Of a stretch of 64,000 nt of DNA, positions 30,361 to 39,996 are shown in pieces. The DNA is from Longimicrobiales bacterium (GTDB lineage: Bacteria > Gemmatimonadota > Gemmatimonadetes > Longimicrobiales > Gaopeijiaceae), in NCBI GenBank assembly GCA_965202805.1, contig OZ241869.1, positions 320,001 through 384,000 on the forward strand. The letters are read 5' to 3'. The position numbers and the translations under genes are program-made. Position 1 is the first letter of the stretch; the number at the start of each line of letters is the position of its first letter. Under the pieces are notes generated by a model that saw only the letters and a list, made by a program, of their open reading frames with translations, had not been told where the DNA came from and did no database searches.

Positions 30361-32625
30361 TCAGAAGCGTGAGGTCACGGTGACCCGGAAGCTCCGGGTC
30401 GCTCCCGGATTGCGCTCCTGCACGTCTACGTACTCCGCCTGCAGAAGGTTCTCCACCTTCGCCCGCACGTCCATGTCCATGACTTCGAGTGCGAGCCGCA
30501 GATCCAGCAGCGTGATCGCACCCCGCTCGTCCAGAGGATAGGCGAGAACGGTCTCCGCCTCGCTCCGGTGACGCACGTCCAGAGCCACCAGATCGGCCCA
30601 GCCGGAGAGGGTCGTGGTGATGTTGTGGCGTGACCGGTACGCGAGCGGCCGGCCGGTGTCGAGGTCCTGCGAGTCGATGAAGAGGTAGTTCGCGTGCAGG
30701 TTGAGCTTGCGGGGCACGACGCCGACGCGCATGCCGGCGTCGAGTCCGCGCACCCGGGCCTCGGCCACGTTGCGGAACTGGAAGGTGAGCGGCTGGTTCG
30801 GGGCGCCCGTCACCTCGATCAGGCCGGAGTACTCGCTCCAGAAGAGTCCCGCGTCGAACCAGAGCCGTTCGTTCGGGACCACGGTGGTGCCCACTTCCCC
30901 GGCCCACGCCGATTCGCCCCGCAACTCGAGATTGGGCACGACGCGAAAGCCGAAGGTGGTGGTCCTGGTGAACTGCTCGGAGACGCTGGGCGACCGGTAT
31001 CCCCGGCTCAGGGATGTCCTCAGGCTCATGTCCGGAGTGGCTTCGAAGACGATCCCGACCTTGGGATTCAGCGTCAGATCGCCTTCCACCACCGAGGCCT
31101 TGTGCGAGTCCAGCCGGACGCCTGCCGAGCCGCGCAGCCGATCCGAGAAACCGATTTCGTCCTGAACGAACAGCGCCAGATCGGTGACGTCCGGCGTCGG
31201 ACTGAGGAAGTTGGACGTCACATCGGTGCGCGAGGCTTCTCCTCCCACCGTAAGCGCGTGCCGCCCCACGGAGAAGAACGAGAGCTGCAGGTCGGTGCCG
31301 TAGCGGGTGGAACGGTGGAAGTCCTCGTTGTCGTGGAAGTAGTTCTGGTTGCGGACGTGCTGCACCTGGGGCCTCAGCTGCAGCTTGAGCGTCGAGGTCA
31401 CGACCGGAGTGGCCGTCATCCCGAAGACGAGATCGGAATTGCGCTTCCAGTCGCCCAGATCCGCGGGATCCACCTCGAGACGGCGCTCGGGCGAGAGCCA
31501 GGTGAAGAACTCCTCCAGATCCTCGCGCTTCCCGCTGGCGAACACCTCCAGGGGCTTCGACGACTCGGCCCCGAAGACGGCCTTGGCCCGCCACTGCCAG
31601 CGCTCCTGGCCTCCGTTCTGGCGAAAACCGTCGGATCCCTCGCGTCCGGCGAACACCGTGACGCCCGCGCCGCCGATCTGCCGCGAATGCTGGATCTGGA
31701 GGCCGCGCATGCTCAGGCGCTCGTCGGTGAAGTCCAGGTTGCCCGGTGTGTCGAACACGCCGTAGTAGCCGCGCACGGCGGTGCGCGGGGGCCCCAGGGG
31801 CGGGCGGGTGATCACGTTGACCACGCCGGCCATGGCGTTCGTGCCCCACAGGGTGGAGTTGGGGCCCTTCACGATCTCGACGCGGTCGACGTCCAGGAGC
31901 GGCAGGATGCTGTAGTCGATCCCCGATTCCACGCCCGTAAGCGCCCGGTGGCCGTCCAGCAACATGAGGACCCGGCTGCCGACGCCGCGGGCGATGCCGC
32001 TGGAGCCGCGGATGTCCAGGTGGCCCGCGTTGAAGGTCACGCCCTGGGCGAACGGGAGGGCTTCCTTGAGATTGGTGACGTCGCGCCGCTGGAGCTCGTC
32101 CCCGCTCAGGATCGCAACGCTTACGGGTGCGTCTCCGGGGCGCAGCGTGGTCCGGCTCGCGGTGACGGTCAGGCCGGGGACGTCGAAGAGCAGCGGCGCG
32201 AGCGAGATGCGGAGCGGCTCGGATGCGGTGCTGGCGGGGTCGGCGGTGACCTCCGCGCTGCCGTAGCCTTCGGCGATGACGAAGAGCGTCCAGATGCCGC
32301 CCTCCGGCACGGACAGCTCGAAGCTGCCGTCCTCGCCCGTCAGCGCACGCAGCGGCGTCGACTGCACCAGCACCTCCGCGCCCATGACCGGGGCGCCTTC
32401 GTCGTCGTCCACGACCACGCCCCGGATGGTGGGCCCGGCCTGGGCGGCCAGCGGAGCGGGGGCGAGAAGAATGAAGGGCGCGACGAGCGCGATCGCGGCC
32501 ACCGGTCCACGGGCGGCCAGCAGCCGTGGCGGGCGGATGCGCGCCGTACGGCGGCCGACCGGAGCGGGGCGCCTGCTGCGCCTTCCCGACCTCTCGGCCC
32601 CCGCCGAACGGACCGCACCCGCCAC
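30361..32625 (-). CDS. TonB-dependent receptor
   Basis: Carboxypeptidase-regulatory-like N domain, plug (LDIRGSSG...DRVEIVKGPNSTLWGTNAMAGVVNVITR), C-terminal Phe. Confidence 0.92.
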   Translation of the reverse strand: MAGAVRSAGAERSGRRSRRPAPVGRRTARIRPPRLLAARGPVAAIALVAPFILLAPAPLAAQAGPTIRGVVVDDDEGAPVMGAEVLVQSTPLRALTGEDGSFELSVPEGGIWTLFVIAEGYGSAEVTADPASTASEPLRISLAPLLFDVPGLTVTASRTTLRPGDAPVSVAILSGDELQRRDVTNLKEALPFAQGVTFNAGHLDIRGSSGIARGVGSRVLMLLDGHRALTGVESGIDYSILPLLDVDRVEIVKGPNSTLWGTNAMAGVVNVITRPPLGPPRTAVRGYYGVFDTPGNLDFTDERLSMRGLQIQHSRQIGGAGVTVFAGREGSDGFRQNGGQERWQWRAKAVFGAESSKPLEVFASGKREDLEEFFTWLSPERRLEVDPADLGDWKRNSDLVFGMTATPVVTSTLKLQLRPQVQHVRNQNYFHDNEDFHRSTRYGTDLQLSFFSVGRHALTVGGEASRTDVTSNFLSPTPDVTDLALFVQDEIGFSDRLRGSAGVRLDSHKASVVEGDLTLNPKVGIVFEATPDMSLRTSLSRGYRSPSVSEQFTRTTTFGFRVVPNLELRGESAWAGEVGTTVVPNERLWFDAGLFWSEYSGLIEVTGAPNQPLTFQFRNVAEARVRGLDAGMRVGVVPRKLNLHANYLFIDSQDLDTGRPLAYRSRHNITTTLSGWADLVALDVRHRSEAETVLAYPLDERGAITLLDLRLALEVMDMDVRAKVENLLQAEYVDVQERNPGATRSFRVTVTSRF

Positions 32626-32627
32626 CG

Positions 32628-33083
32628 TCAGTTCTTCCGCCAGACCGTGGTGGAGACGTTGAGCGCGGGTTCGGTGACTTCAACGGTCAGGAGCGGGCCC
32701 TGAAGCGTGTAGGTCCCGAGGCCCTGCACCTGCGTGCCGGCCTGCTCCCACGTCCAGTCGAGACGATTGACGTAGGTGCCTTGATCCTCGATCGTGGCGG
32801 TCCCGCCCAGACCGTCCGGAAGCATGATGCTGAGCGTCGTCGTGCCCGAGGCCTCCAGACCCGTGACCGAGGTCTGCTGCACCGAAAAGGAACCCGAAAC
32901 ATCTGGCGGCGTGAGGGTTAGCCCGCCGGTAACGATGGCGGACAGCGACTCGAGCGCGTAGGTGCCCGTAAGGTCGGGCGGTCGTTCCGGCTCGGGCTCA
33001 ATCGGATCTTCTCCCCCGCAAGCGGTGAGCGTCAGGAAGACGGCGAGGAGGGGGAAAAGCGGGGTTGACCTGGAGGGGAGCAT
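32628..33083 (-). CDS. Lipoprotein (lipocalin-like beta fold possible)
   Basis: Lipobox LTAC; LTGTYAL motif; directly upstream of the TBDR. Confidence 0.65.
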   Translation of the reverse strand: MLPSRSTPLFPLLAVFLTLTACGGEDPIEPEPERPPDLTGTYALESLSAIVTGGLTLTPPDVSGSFSVQQTSVTGLEASGTTTLSIMLPDGLGGTATIEDQGTYVNRLDWTWEQAGTQVQGLGTYTLQGPLLTVEVTEPALNVSTTVWRKN

Positions 33084-33268
33084 TGTCTTCTCGCTGTTGA
33101 CGGGACCGACACCAACGATCCGACGTGTCCTCGCGACGCGTGCTCAGCGCGCCCGGGACGCGCCCGGAACCAACGCACCACCCATGATAACCTATTGTCG
33201 ATCCGGGGTTCTCACCAGACGGGGGCGCTCACCAGCCGAGCGGCCCGGACGGCCCGAGGGACCGACGT

Positions 33269-33308
33269 GCCGTTTTGTCGCAACTGCCGGCCGCTTTGTC
33301 GCTACCGC
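33269..33308. repeat. Imperfect 19-bp direct repeat with 21-bp period
   Basis: GCCGTTTTGTCGCAACTGC (33269-33287) and GCCGCTTTGTCGCTACCGC (33290-33308) in a divergent intergenic region. Confidence 0.6.
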
Positions 33309-33375
33309 GTCTTGAAACTAGATTGTCCGCGCCTTCGGGCGTACAGCCCTTTTCGCTCCGACACAGGACCAGCGC

Positions 33376-34485
33376 GTGACGACTCCGGCAGAGCCCCACG
33401 TCGAGTTCGAGGACATCGCCAAGAGCTACGATGGCCGGGTGTTGGCGGTCCAGGGATTGAACCTCAGCGTGCGCCGGGGTGAGTTCCTGAGCCTGCTCGG
33501 GCCGTCCGGATCGGGGAAGACGACGTGCCTGATGATGCTCGCCGGGTTTGAAACCCCGACTGCGGGAGCCATCCGCATCGCCGGCCGTTCCGTGCACGCC
33601 CTGCCGCCCCGCAAGCGGGGCATCGGCATGGTGTTTCAGGACTATGCGCTCTTCCCCCACATGACCGTCGAGGACAACCTGGCCTTTCCGCTGGACGTGC
33701 GCGGCATCGGGGGCGACCGACGGCGCGAACTGGTCGACCGGGCGTTGCGGCTGGTCCGGCTGGAGGGTTTCGAGAAGCGCCGGCCGGGGCAGCTCTCGGG
33801 CGGGCAGCAACAGCGGGTGGCGATCGCGCGCGCGCTGGTCTTCGAGCCCGAACTCGTGCTGATGGACGAACCCCTGGGCGCCCTCGACCGCCACCTGCGC
33901 GAAGAGCTGCAGTACGAGATCCGGCGCATCCACCGGACGCTCGGCGTGACCGTCGTCTATGTGACCCACGATCAGCAGGAGGCCATGGTCATGTCGGACC
34001 GGATCGCCGTGCTGCGCGACGGCATGGTCGAGCAGGTGGCCCCCCCCGAAGCCCTGTACGAGGAACCGGTGCGCTCCTTCGTCGCGCGCTTCATCGGCGA
34101 GAACAACCGGCTGCACGGGCGCGTCGTCACGGTTGACGGGGATGTGTGCGACGTCAACGTGGACGGCCAGGTGGTGCGCGGTTATCGGGTCGTGGACTGC
34201 CGGCCGGGGGACCCGGTGACGCTCTCGATCCGGCCGGAGCGCATCACGCTGCATCCGGCGCCGGGGCTGTTCTCCAACCAGTTCGACGCGGTCATCGAGC
34301 ACATCACCTTTGTGGGGGACCACCTGCGCATCCACATGCAGACCTGCGGGCGAGAGGACTTCGTGGCGAAGATCTCGAACGTGGTGGGACAGGGCGGGGT
34401 GCTCGAGGGCGACGAAATCCGCGTGGGATGGACGGCGGCGGACTGCCGGGTCCTGGACTACGGCGGTGTGGAGGGGGCGGTGTGA
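33376..34485 (+). CDS. potA: Polyamine-type ABC transporter ATP-binding protein (PotA family)
   Basis: GPSGSGKTT, VFQDYALFPHM, LSGGQQQR, TOBE-like C-terminus. Confidence 0.85.
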   Translation: MTTPAEPHVEFEDIAKSYDGRVLAVQGLNLSVRRGEFLSLLGPSGSGKTTCLMMLAGFETPTAGAIRIAGRSVHALPPRKRGIGMVFQDYALFPHMTVEDNLAFPLDVRGIGGDRRRELVDRALRLVRLEGFEKRRPGQLSGGQQQRVAIARALVFEPELVLMDEPLGALDRHLREELQYEIRRIHRTLGVTVVYVTHDQQEAMVMSDRIAVLRDGMVEQVAPPEALYEEPVRSFVARFIGENNRLHGRVVTVDGDVCDVNVDGQVVRGYRVVDCRPGDPVTLSIRPERITLHPAPGLFSNQFDAVIEHITFVGDHLRIHMQTCGREDFVAKISNVVGQGGVLEGDEIRVGWTAADCRVLDYGGVEGAV

Positions 34486-34546
34486 ACCGCCGGCGGGCGG
34501 TGGGCCGTCTGGACGTTTCGGACTGCGCGGATGTGAGGAGCACGGC

Positions 34547-35626
34547 ATGAGGGTGGGATTCGCGTGGCCGGCGGCTGTGGCGCTGGCCATGGGCTGTGGC
34601 GGTGACGCCGGCGACTCTCTGACCGTGGGCGCGTGGGGCGGGGCCTACACGCGCGCCTGCAAGATCGCCTACTACGAGCCGTTCATCGCCGAGACCGGCA
34701 TGGTCATCCGCGACGCCCAATACAACGGTGGCCTGGCCGAGGTGCGGGCCCAGGTCGATGTCGGACGGATTCACTGGGATGTGGTGCCCATGGAGATCGC
34801 CGACGCGGTGCGCGGCTGCGACGAGGGGCTGCTCGAGCCGCTCGATCCCGCGATGTGGGCCCCCGGCGCGGACGGCATTCCGCCGCAGGAGGACTTCTTT
34901 CCCGGCACCCTGACCGAGTGCGGCGTCGGCGCGGAGTTCTACGCGACCGTCATCGCCTACAACCGGGAGAACATACCCGGTCCCACGCCGGCGACCATGC
35001 AGGACTTCTTCGACCTGGAGACCTTTCCGGGACGCCGCGGAATGCGCCGCAAGCCCATGGGCAACATGGAGTTCGCGCTCATGGCCGATGGCGTGCCGCC
35101 GGCGCAGGTGTACCAGGTGCTGGACACCCCCGAGGGGATCGAGCGGGCGTTCCGCAAGCTGGACACGATCAAGGACGAGATCGTGTGGTGGGAAGCGGGC
35201 GCCCAGCCGCCGCAGCTCCTCGCCGACGGCGAGGTGACGATGACCACGGCGTACAACGGCCGCATCTTCAACGCCCAGGTGCTGGAAAACCAGCCCTTCG
35301 AGATCATCTGGGACGGCCAGCTGCTCGATTTCGGCCAGTTGGTGATCGTGGCCGGGACGCCGAACCTGGAGGCCGCGCTCGAGTTCCTGGCCTTCGCGAC
35401 CACGCCGCAGTCCATGGCCCGGATCAGCGCCAACATCTCCTACAGCCCGACGCGCTACTCCGGACTGCCGCTCGTGGGGACCCACGCGGAGGCGGGGATC
35501 GACATGCTGCCGCACATGCCGACGTATCCGGAGAACCTGGAACGGGCGCTGCGCAACGACTGGGAGTGGTGGGTGAACCACACGGACGAGATGAACGAGC
35601 GCTTCAGCTCATGGCTGGCGCGATGA
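34547..35626 (+). CDS. Polyamine-type ABC transporter substrate-binding lipoprotein (PotD/SBP_bac_8-like)
   Basis: Lipobox AMGC; WGGAY, FFDLETFPGRRG, QLLADGEV, AYNGRI. Confidence 0.85.
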   Translation: MRVGFAWPAAVALAMGCGGDAGDSLTVGAWGGAYTRACKIAYYEPFIAETGMVIRDAQYNGGLAEVRAQVDVGRIHWDVVPMEIADAVRGCDEGLLEPLDPAMWAPGADGIPPQEDFFPGTLTECGVGAEFYATVIAYNRENIPGPTPATMQDFFDLETFPGRRGMRRKPMGNMEFALMADGVPPAQVYQVLDTPEGIERAFRKLDTIKDEIVWWEAGAQPPQLLADGEVTMTTAYNGRIFNAQVLENQPFEIIWDGQLLDFGQLVIVAGTPNLEAALEFLAFATTPQSMARISANISYSPTRYSGLPLVGTHAEAGIDMLPHMPTYPENLERALRNDWEWWVNHTDEMNERFSSWLAR

Positions 35627-35657
35627 CGGGAGGCTCGATGGCGGGCGGTCCGCGACG

Positions 35658-36872
35658 GTGAGCTCCGAATCGATGCGGCAGGGGCGCGACTGGCGGCCCC
35701 GTCTGCGCGCGGCGGGGCTGGCGCTGCCGCTTGTTGCCTTCGTCGGCGTGACCTTCGTGGCGCCTCTCGCCACGATGTTCAGCCGCAGCGTCTACGACGC
35801 CGTGGTGGCGGACGCGCTCCCGGAGACCCTGGCCCTGCTGGAGGGGTGGGACGGGGAGAGCGTGCCGGGCGAGGATGTCTTCGCCGCGGCCGCGGGCGAA
35901 CTGGCGCGCGCCCAGGAGGAGCGGGTGATCGGCCGGGTGGCCGGCCGGGTCAACCGGGTGCAGGGGGGGATGCGCAGCATTGTCGCGGTAACCGGTCGCC
36001 GACTTCCGGCGGCTCCCGAGGGATCGTGGCGCGAGACCCTGGTCGGCATCGATGCGGCCTGGGGCGAGGTGAGCACCTGGCACGCGGTGCGTACCGCCGG
36101 CGAGCGTTACACCAGCCGTCACTACCTGGCCGCGGTCGATCTGCGGCGCCTCCCCGACGGATCGATTGCGCGCCAGGACGAGGACCGCCGCATCTACCTG
36201 CGCCTCTTCGGGCGCACCTTCCTGGTCAGCCTGTCCATTACCGGGCTCTGCCTCCTGTTCGGCTACCCCCTCGCGCATTTCATCGCGCATGCCCCGCCGC
36301 GCCGCGCCGGCCTGCTCCTGGCGCTGGTGCTGGTTCCGTTCTGGACGTCGCTGCTCGTGCGCACCACCTCGTGGATCGTGCTGCTGCAGGGCCAGGGGGT
36401 GATCAACGACATTCTGGTCGCGCTGGGGCTCGTTTCCGACGACGGACGGCTCGCGCTCATCTACAACATGACCGGCACCTTCGTCGCGATGACGCACGTG
36501 CTGCTGCCCTTCATGGTGCTGCCGCTCTACTCCGTCATGCGCGGGATTCCCCGCTCCCACATGGACGCGGCGGCCTCTCTCGGCGCCGGCCCGGCGCAGG
36601 GATTCCTGCGCGTCTACTGGCCACAGACGCTGCCCGGGGTGGGGGCGGGGAGCCTGCTCGTGTTCATCCTGGCCATCGGGTACTACATCACCCCGGCGCT
36701 GGTGGGGGGGAGCACCGGCCAGCTGATTTCCAACATGGTCGCGTATCACATGCAGACCTCCCTCAACTGGGGGCTGGCGTCCGCGCTGGGAGCGATCATC
36801 CTGGCGTGCGTGATCGGCCTCTACCTGCTGTACGAGCGGGTGGCGGGCACCGAAGGCGTGAGGGTCGCCTGA
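35658..36872 (+). CDS. Polyamine-type ABC transporter permease (PotB family)
   Basis: LVPFWTSLLVR, LPFMVLPLY, AAASLGA (EAA loop). Confidence 0.88.
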   Translation: MSSESMRQGRDWRPRLRAAGLALPLVAFVGVTFVAPLATMFSRSVYDAVVADALPETLALLEGWDGESVPGEDVFAAAAGELARAQEERVIGRVAGRVNRVQGGMRSIVAVTGRRLPAAPEGSWRETLVGIDAAWGEVSTWHAVRTAGERYTSRHYLAAVDLRRLPDGSIARQDEDRRIYLRLFGRTFLVSLSITGLCLLFGYPLAHFIAHAPPRRAGLLLALVLVPFWTSLLVRTTSWIVLLQGQGVINDILVALGLVSDDGRLALIYNMTGTFVAMTHVLLPFMVLPLYSVMRGIPRSHMDAAASLGAGPAQGFLRVYWPQTLPGVGAGSLLVFILAIGYYITPALVGGSTGQLISNMVAYHMQTSLNWGLASALGAIILACVIGLYLLYERVAGTEGVRVA

Positions 36873-36873
36873 C

Positions 36874-37701
36874 GTGCGCGCGCTCAGCAGGGCGGAGCGG
36901 GCGGGAAGGACGATGCACGTCGCGTTCTGCGCGGCGGTGCTGTTTTTTCTGATGGCGCCCATCCTCGTGATCGTGCCGCTCAGCTTCAATGCAGAGCCCT
37001 ATTTCACCTTCACGGAGGGCATGCTGCGACTGGACCCGGAAGCCTGGTCGCTGCGCTGGTACCGGGAGATCGCGACCAGTGACGTCTGGCGGAGCGCTCT
37101 GGTCAACAGCCTGGTGATCGGCACCGCCGCGACGGCGCTGGCCACCTTCCTGGGCACGCTGGCCGCCCTCGGGCTCTCCAGCCCGCACATGCCCGCCCGC
37201 CGCCTCCTGATGGGCTTCCTGGTCTCGCCGCTGGTGACCCCCGTGATCATCTCGGCCGCGGGGATGTTCTTCTTCTACTCCCGGCTGGGGCTGGGCCAGA
37301 CCCACCTGGGGCTGATCCTGGCGCACGCCGCGCTGGGGACGCCGTTCGTGGTGATCACGGTGACCGCCACCCTGACCGCCTACAACACCACCCTGAACCG
37401 TGCAGCCGCGTCGCTGGGCGCGGGACCGCTCCGGACCTTCACCCGCGTGCAGCTGCCGCTGATCGCCCCGGGGGTGGTGTCGGGCGCGCTCTTCGCCTTC
37501 GCCACCTCGTTCGACGAGGTCGTGGTCGTGCTCTTCCTGGGCGGGGTGGAGCAGAACACCATCCCGCGGCAGATGTGGGCGGGCATCCGCGAGGAGATCA
37601 GCCCCGCCATCCTGGCCGTGGCGACCTTCCTGATCGTGTTCGCGGCGGCGCTGCTGCTTACGGTGGGCTGGCTGCGGAGGAGGGCGGCGGGGACGGCCTG
37701 A
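36874..37701 (+). CDS. Polyamine-type ABC transporter permease (PotC family)
   Basis: WSLRWY, AAASLGA, FATSFDEVV. Confidence 0.88.
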   Translation: MRALSRAERAGRTMHVAFCAAVLFFLMAPILVIVPLSFNAEPYFTFTEGMLRLDPEAWSLRWYREIATSDVWRSALVNSLVIGTAATALATFLGTLAALGLSSPHMPARRLLMGFLVSPLVTPVIISAAGMFFFYSRLGLGQTHLGLILAHAALGTPFVVITVTATLTAYNTTLNRAAASLGAGPLRTFTRVQLPLIAPGVVSGALFAFATSFDEVVVVLFLGGVEQNTIPRQMWAGIREEISPAILAVATFLIVFAAALLLTVGWLRRRAAGTA

Positions 37702-37777
37702 CGGGCCCTGCGGGCGGGAGACAGCTCCTTCCCGGGCTCGCAGGGAACCCGGGAAGGGACGCTGGATCGGAAGCCGA

Positions 37778-37860
37778 TTACGGCTTGGGGGTCGAGCCTG
37801 CGGCTCGGAGGGTCTCGGCTTACGGCTCGGGGGTTGCGCCTACGGCTCCGGCGTCGCGGC
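37778..37860 (-). repeat. Four degenerate 20-22 bp tandem copies of the 3' end of the peroxiredoxin gene
   Basis: Plus strand: TTACGGCTTGGGGGTCGAGC / CTGCGGCTCGGAGGGTCTCGGC / TTACGGCTCGGGGGTTGCGC / CTACGGCTCCGGCGTCGCGGC. Confidence 0.6.
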
Positions 37861-38406
37861 GTCGACCATCGCCGCCAGTTCCTCGTAGGCGGTCGGGTCC
37901 ACCTGGGCGAACTGCGGGATCACCCCCGCGATGCGTCCGTCCGGGCCCACCACGATGACCGAGCGGCTGTCGGCCATGTCGTTGTCGCGCTTGCCGCCGC
38001 CGAACGCCTCGTAGGTGGCGCCGTTGGTGCCGGCATCGCTGACGAACAGGAAGGGGAAGTCCTCGTCCTTGAGCCAGGATCCCAGCTCCTCCGGGCTGTC
38101 GTTGGAGACCCCGACGACGACGACGTTCTGGCCTTCATTGAACAAGCTTGCGTACTGATCACGGTACGCTCTCATCTGCACCGTTCAGCCACGTGTTCGA
38201 ACGCGGAAGAAGAAGGCGAGGACAACGGTCTCGCCCCGGTAGTCGCTGAGTCGAACCGGGTCCTGCAGCACGCCGAAGCGGGTGGCGCCCGGCAGCTCGA
38301 AGTCGGGAGCCATCTCTCCCACCTCGAGGAGCTGGGCATCCGCCTCCGCGGGGGCCCCGAGCCCGAGTACCCCGGCCAGCAGGAATAGGGCGGCGAACCT
38401 GCGCAT
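37840..38406 (-). CDS. Exported selenocysteine-containing peroxiredoxin (AhpC/TSA, BCP/PrxQ-like), 188 aa with UGA read as Sec
   Basis: ORFs 38185-38478 and 37840-38181 are in the same frame; TGA at 38187-38185 occupies the peroxidatic position (RTRG-U-TVQM); SD AAGGAGG; signal peptide; SECIS-like hairpin follows. Confidence 0.88.
38139..38187 (-). promoter_or_regulatory. Bacterial SECIS-like element
   Basis: mRNA: UGA +15 nt, then GCGUAC-CGUGAUCA-GUACGC stem-loop with G at loop position 2; lower pairing UGAAC/GUUCA. Confidence 0.75.
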
Positions 38407-38533
38407 GTCTGATCCTCCTTGAAGTCGGTGGGCGATTCGAACGTGCCGCGAGATCGGGCTCGCGACCGTAGCGGACAAAGTGTGCTGTCGATGCCCGTAG
38501 CGACAGGGGTAGACGGCGTTCAGGAGACGGCGT

Positions 38534-39985
38534 TCAGGGCAGTCGCGTCGCGCCCGTCAGCCAGCGGTCGATCTCGCGCGCCGCCTCGCGTCCCTCGCGA
38601 ATGGCCCACACCACCAGCGACTGGCCGCGCCTGCAGTCCCCGGCCGCGAATACGCCCTCCACGTTGGTGGCGTAGGAACCGAATTCCGCGGCGTAGTTGG
38701 AGTACTCGTCGTACTCGATGCCGAGCGGATCGGAACTCGCGTGCTCGGGGCCCAGAAACCCCATCGACAGGAGCACGAGATCCGCGGTCCACTCCCGCTG
38801 GCTTCCCGGAATCTTGCGCAGGCGGCCGCCATGGAAGGTGACGTCGAGGGTGCGCACGCCCGCGACCTTGCCGTCCGGGCCGGCGAAGAAGCTCTCTGCC
38901 GAGATCGCGTATACGCGCGGATCGTGTCCCAGATGCGCGACGGATTCCTCGTGCCCGTACTCCACCCGGAAGATGAGCGGCCAAGTGGGCCAGGGGTTGT
39001 CGGGAGCCCGCTCCCGGGGCGGCCGCGGCAGGAGTTCGAAGTTGATCAGGCGGCGGCACGACTGGCGCAGGGAGGTGCCGATGCAGTCTGTGCCGGTGTC
39101 GCCCCCGCCGATGACGACGACATCAAGACCGGTTGCGGGGATTCGGGGCGGATGATCGCCCAGCACCGCCTGGATGCTGTCGGTGAGATAGTCCATGGCG
39201 AAGTGGATGCCGGGCAGTTCCCGTCCGCCCACCGGAAGGTCGCGCGGCCGGGTCGCTCCCGTGGCCAGGAGCAGGGCGTCGAAGTCCGCGCGCAGCTCAC
39301 GCACGTCCAGCGACCCGTCGCTGCCGTCGGCGACCGCCGCGCTGGTCACGAACTCGACCCCCTCCTCGCGCAGGAGCGAGACCCGGCGCTCCACGATGCG
39401 CTTGTCCAGCTTCATGTTGGGGATCCCGTACATGAGCAGGCCGCCGATGCGGTCGTCGCGCTCGTAGACCGTGACCCGGTGGCCGGCGGAGTTGAGCTGT
39501 GCGGCAGCGGCGAGTCCCGCGGGGCCCGAGCCCACCACCGCCACGGTCCTGCCGGTGCGCGCGGACGGAGGACTCGCTCCCACCCATCCCTCCTCGAAGC
39601 CGCGGTCGGCGATCGCCATCTCGATGTTCTTGATGGTCACGGGCGGGTCGGCGATCCCGAGGACGCACGACCCCTCGCACGGTGCCGGACACACCCGGCC
39701 GGTGACCTCGGGGAAATTGTTGGTCTTGTGCAGGCGGTCGAGCGCCTCGCGCCAGCGCCCCCGGTAGACGAGGTCGTTCCACTCCGGGATCAGGTTGTAG
39801 ACCGGGCAGCCGTCGTCCGACTGGCAGAACGGCACGCCGCAGTCCATGCAGCGCGCGCCCTGGGTCTTGAGCCGATCCTCCGCGTGCGGCGTATAGATCT
39901 CGTCGAAATCCAGGATCCGGGTCGCCGGATCGCGGTACGGGGCCGCCTCGCGGGCGAATTCCTTGAAGCCGGTGACCTTGCCCAT
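38534..39985 (-). CDS. gltD: Glutamate synthase small subunit
   Basis: MGKVTGF, RCMDCGVPFC, GRVCPAPCEGSC, GGGDTGTDC, GDCRRGQSLVVWAI. Confidence 0.96.
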   Translation of the reverse strand: MGKVTGFKEFAREAAPYRDPATRILDFDEIYTPHAEDRLKTQGARCMDCGVPFCQSDDGCPVYNLIPEWNDLVYRGRWREALDRLHKTNNFPEVTGRVCPAPCEGSCVLGIADPPVTIKNIEMAIADRGFEEGWVGASPPSARTGRTVAVVGSGPAGLAAAAQLNSAGHRVTVYERDDRIGGLLMYGIPNMKLDKRIVERRVSLLREEGVEFVTSAAVADGSDGSLDVRELRADFDALLLATGATRPRDLPVGGRELPGIHFAMDYLTDSIQAVLGDHPPRIPATGLDVVVIGGGDTGTDCIGTSLRQSCRRLINFELLPRPPRERAPDNPWPTWPLIFRVEYGHEESVAHLGHDPRVYAISAESFFAGPDGKVAGVRTLDVTFHGGRLRKIPGSQREWTADLVLLSMGFLGPEHASSDPLGIEYDEYSNYAAEFGSYATNVEGVFAAGDCRRGQSLVVWAIREGREAAREIDRWLTGATRLP

Positions 39986-39996
39986 GGCGCTCGGAA

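Noticed and set aside
37778..37860. CRISPR array
   Set aside because: Degenerate contiguous repeats without spacers; no cas genes.
37840..38478. Peroxiredoxin pseudogene or two separate genes
   Set aside because: A single in-frame TGA at the catalytic position with a SECIS-like hairpin favours selenocysteine.
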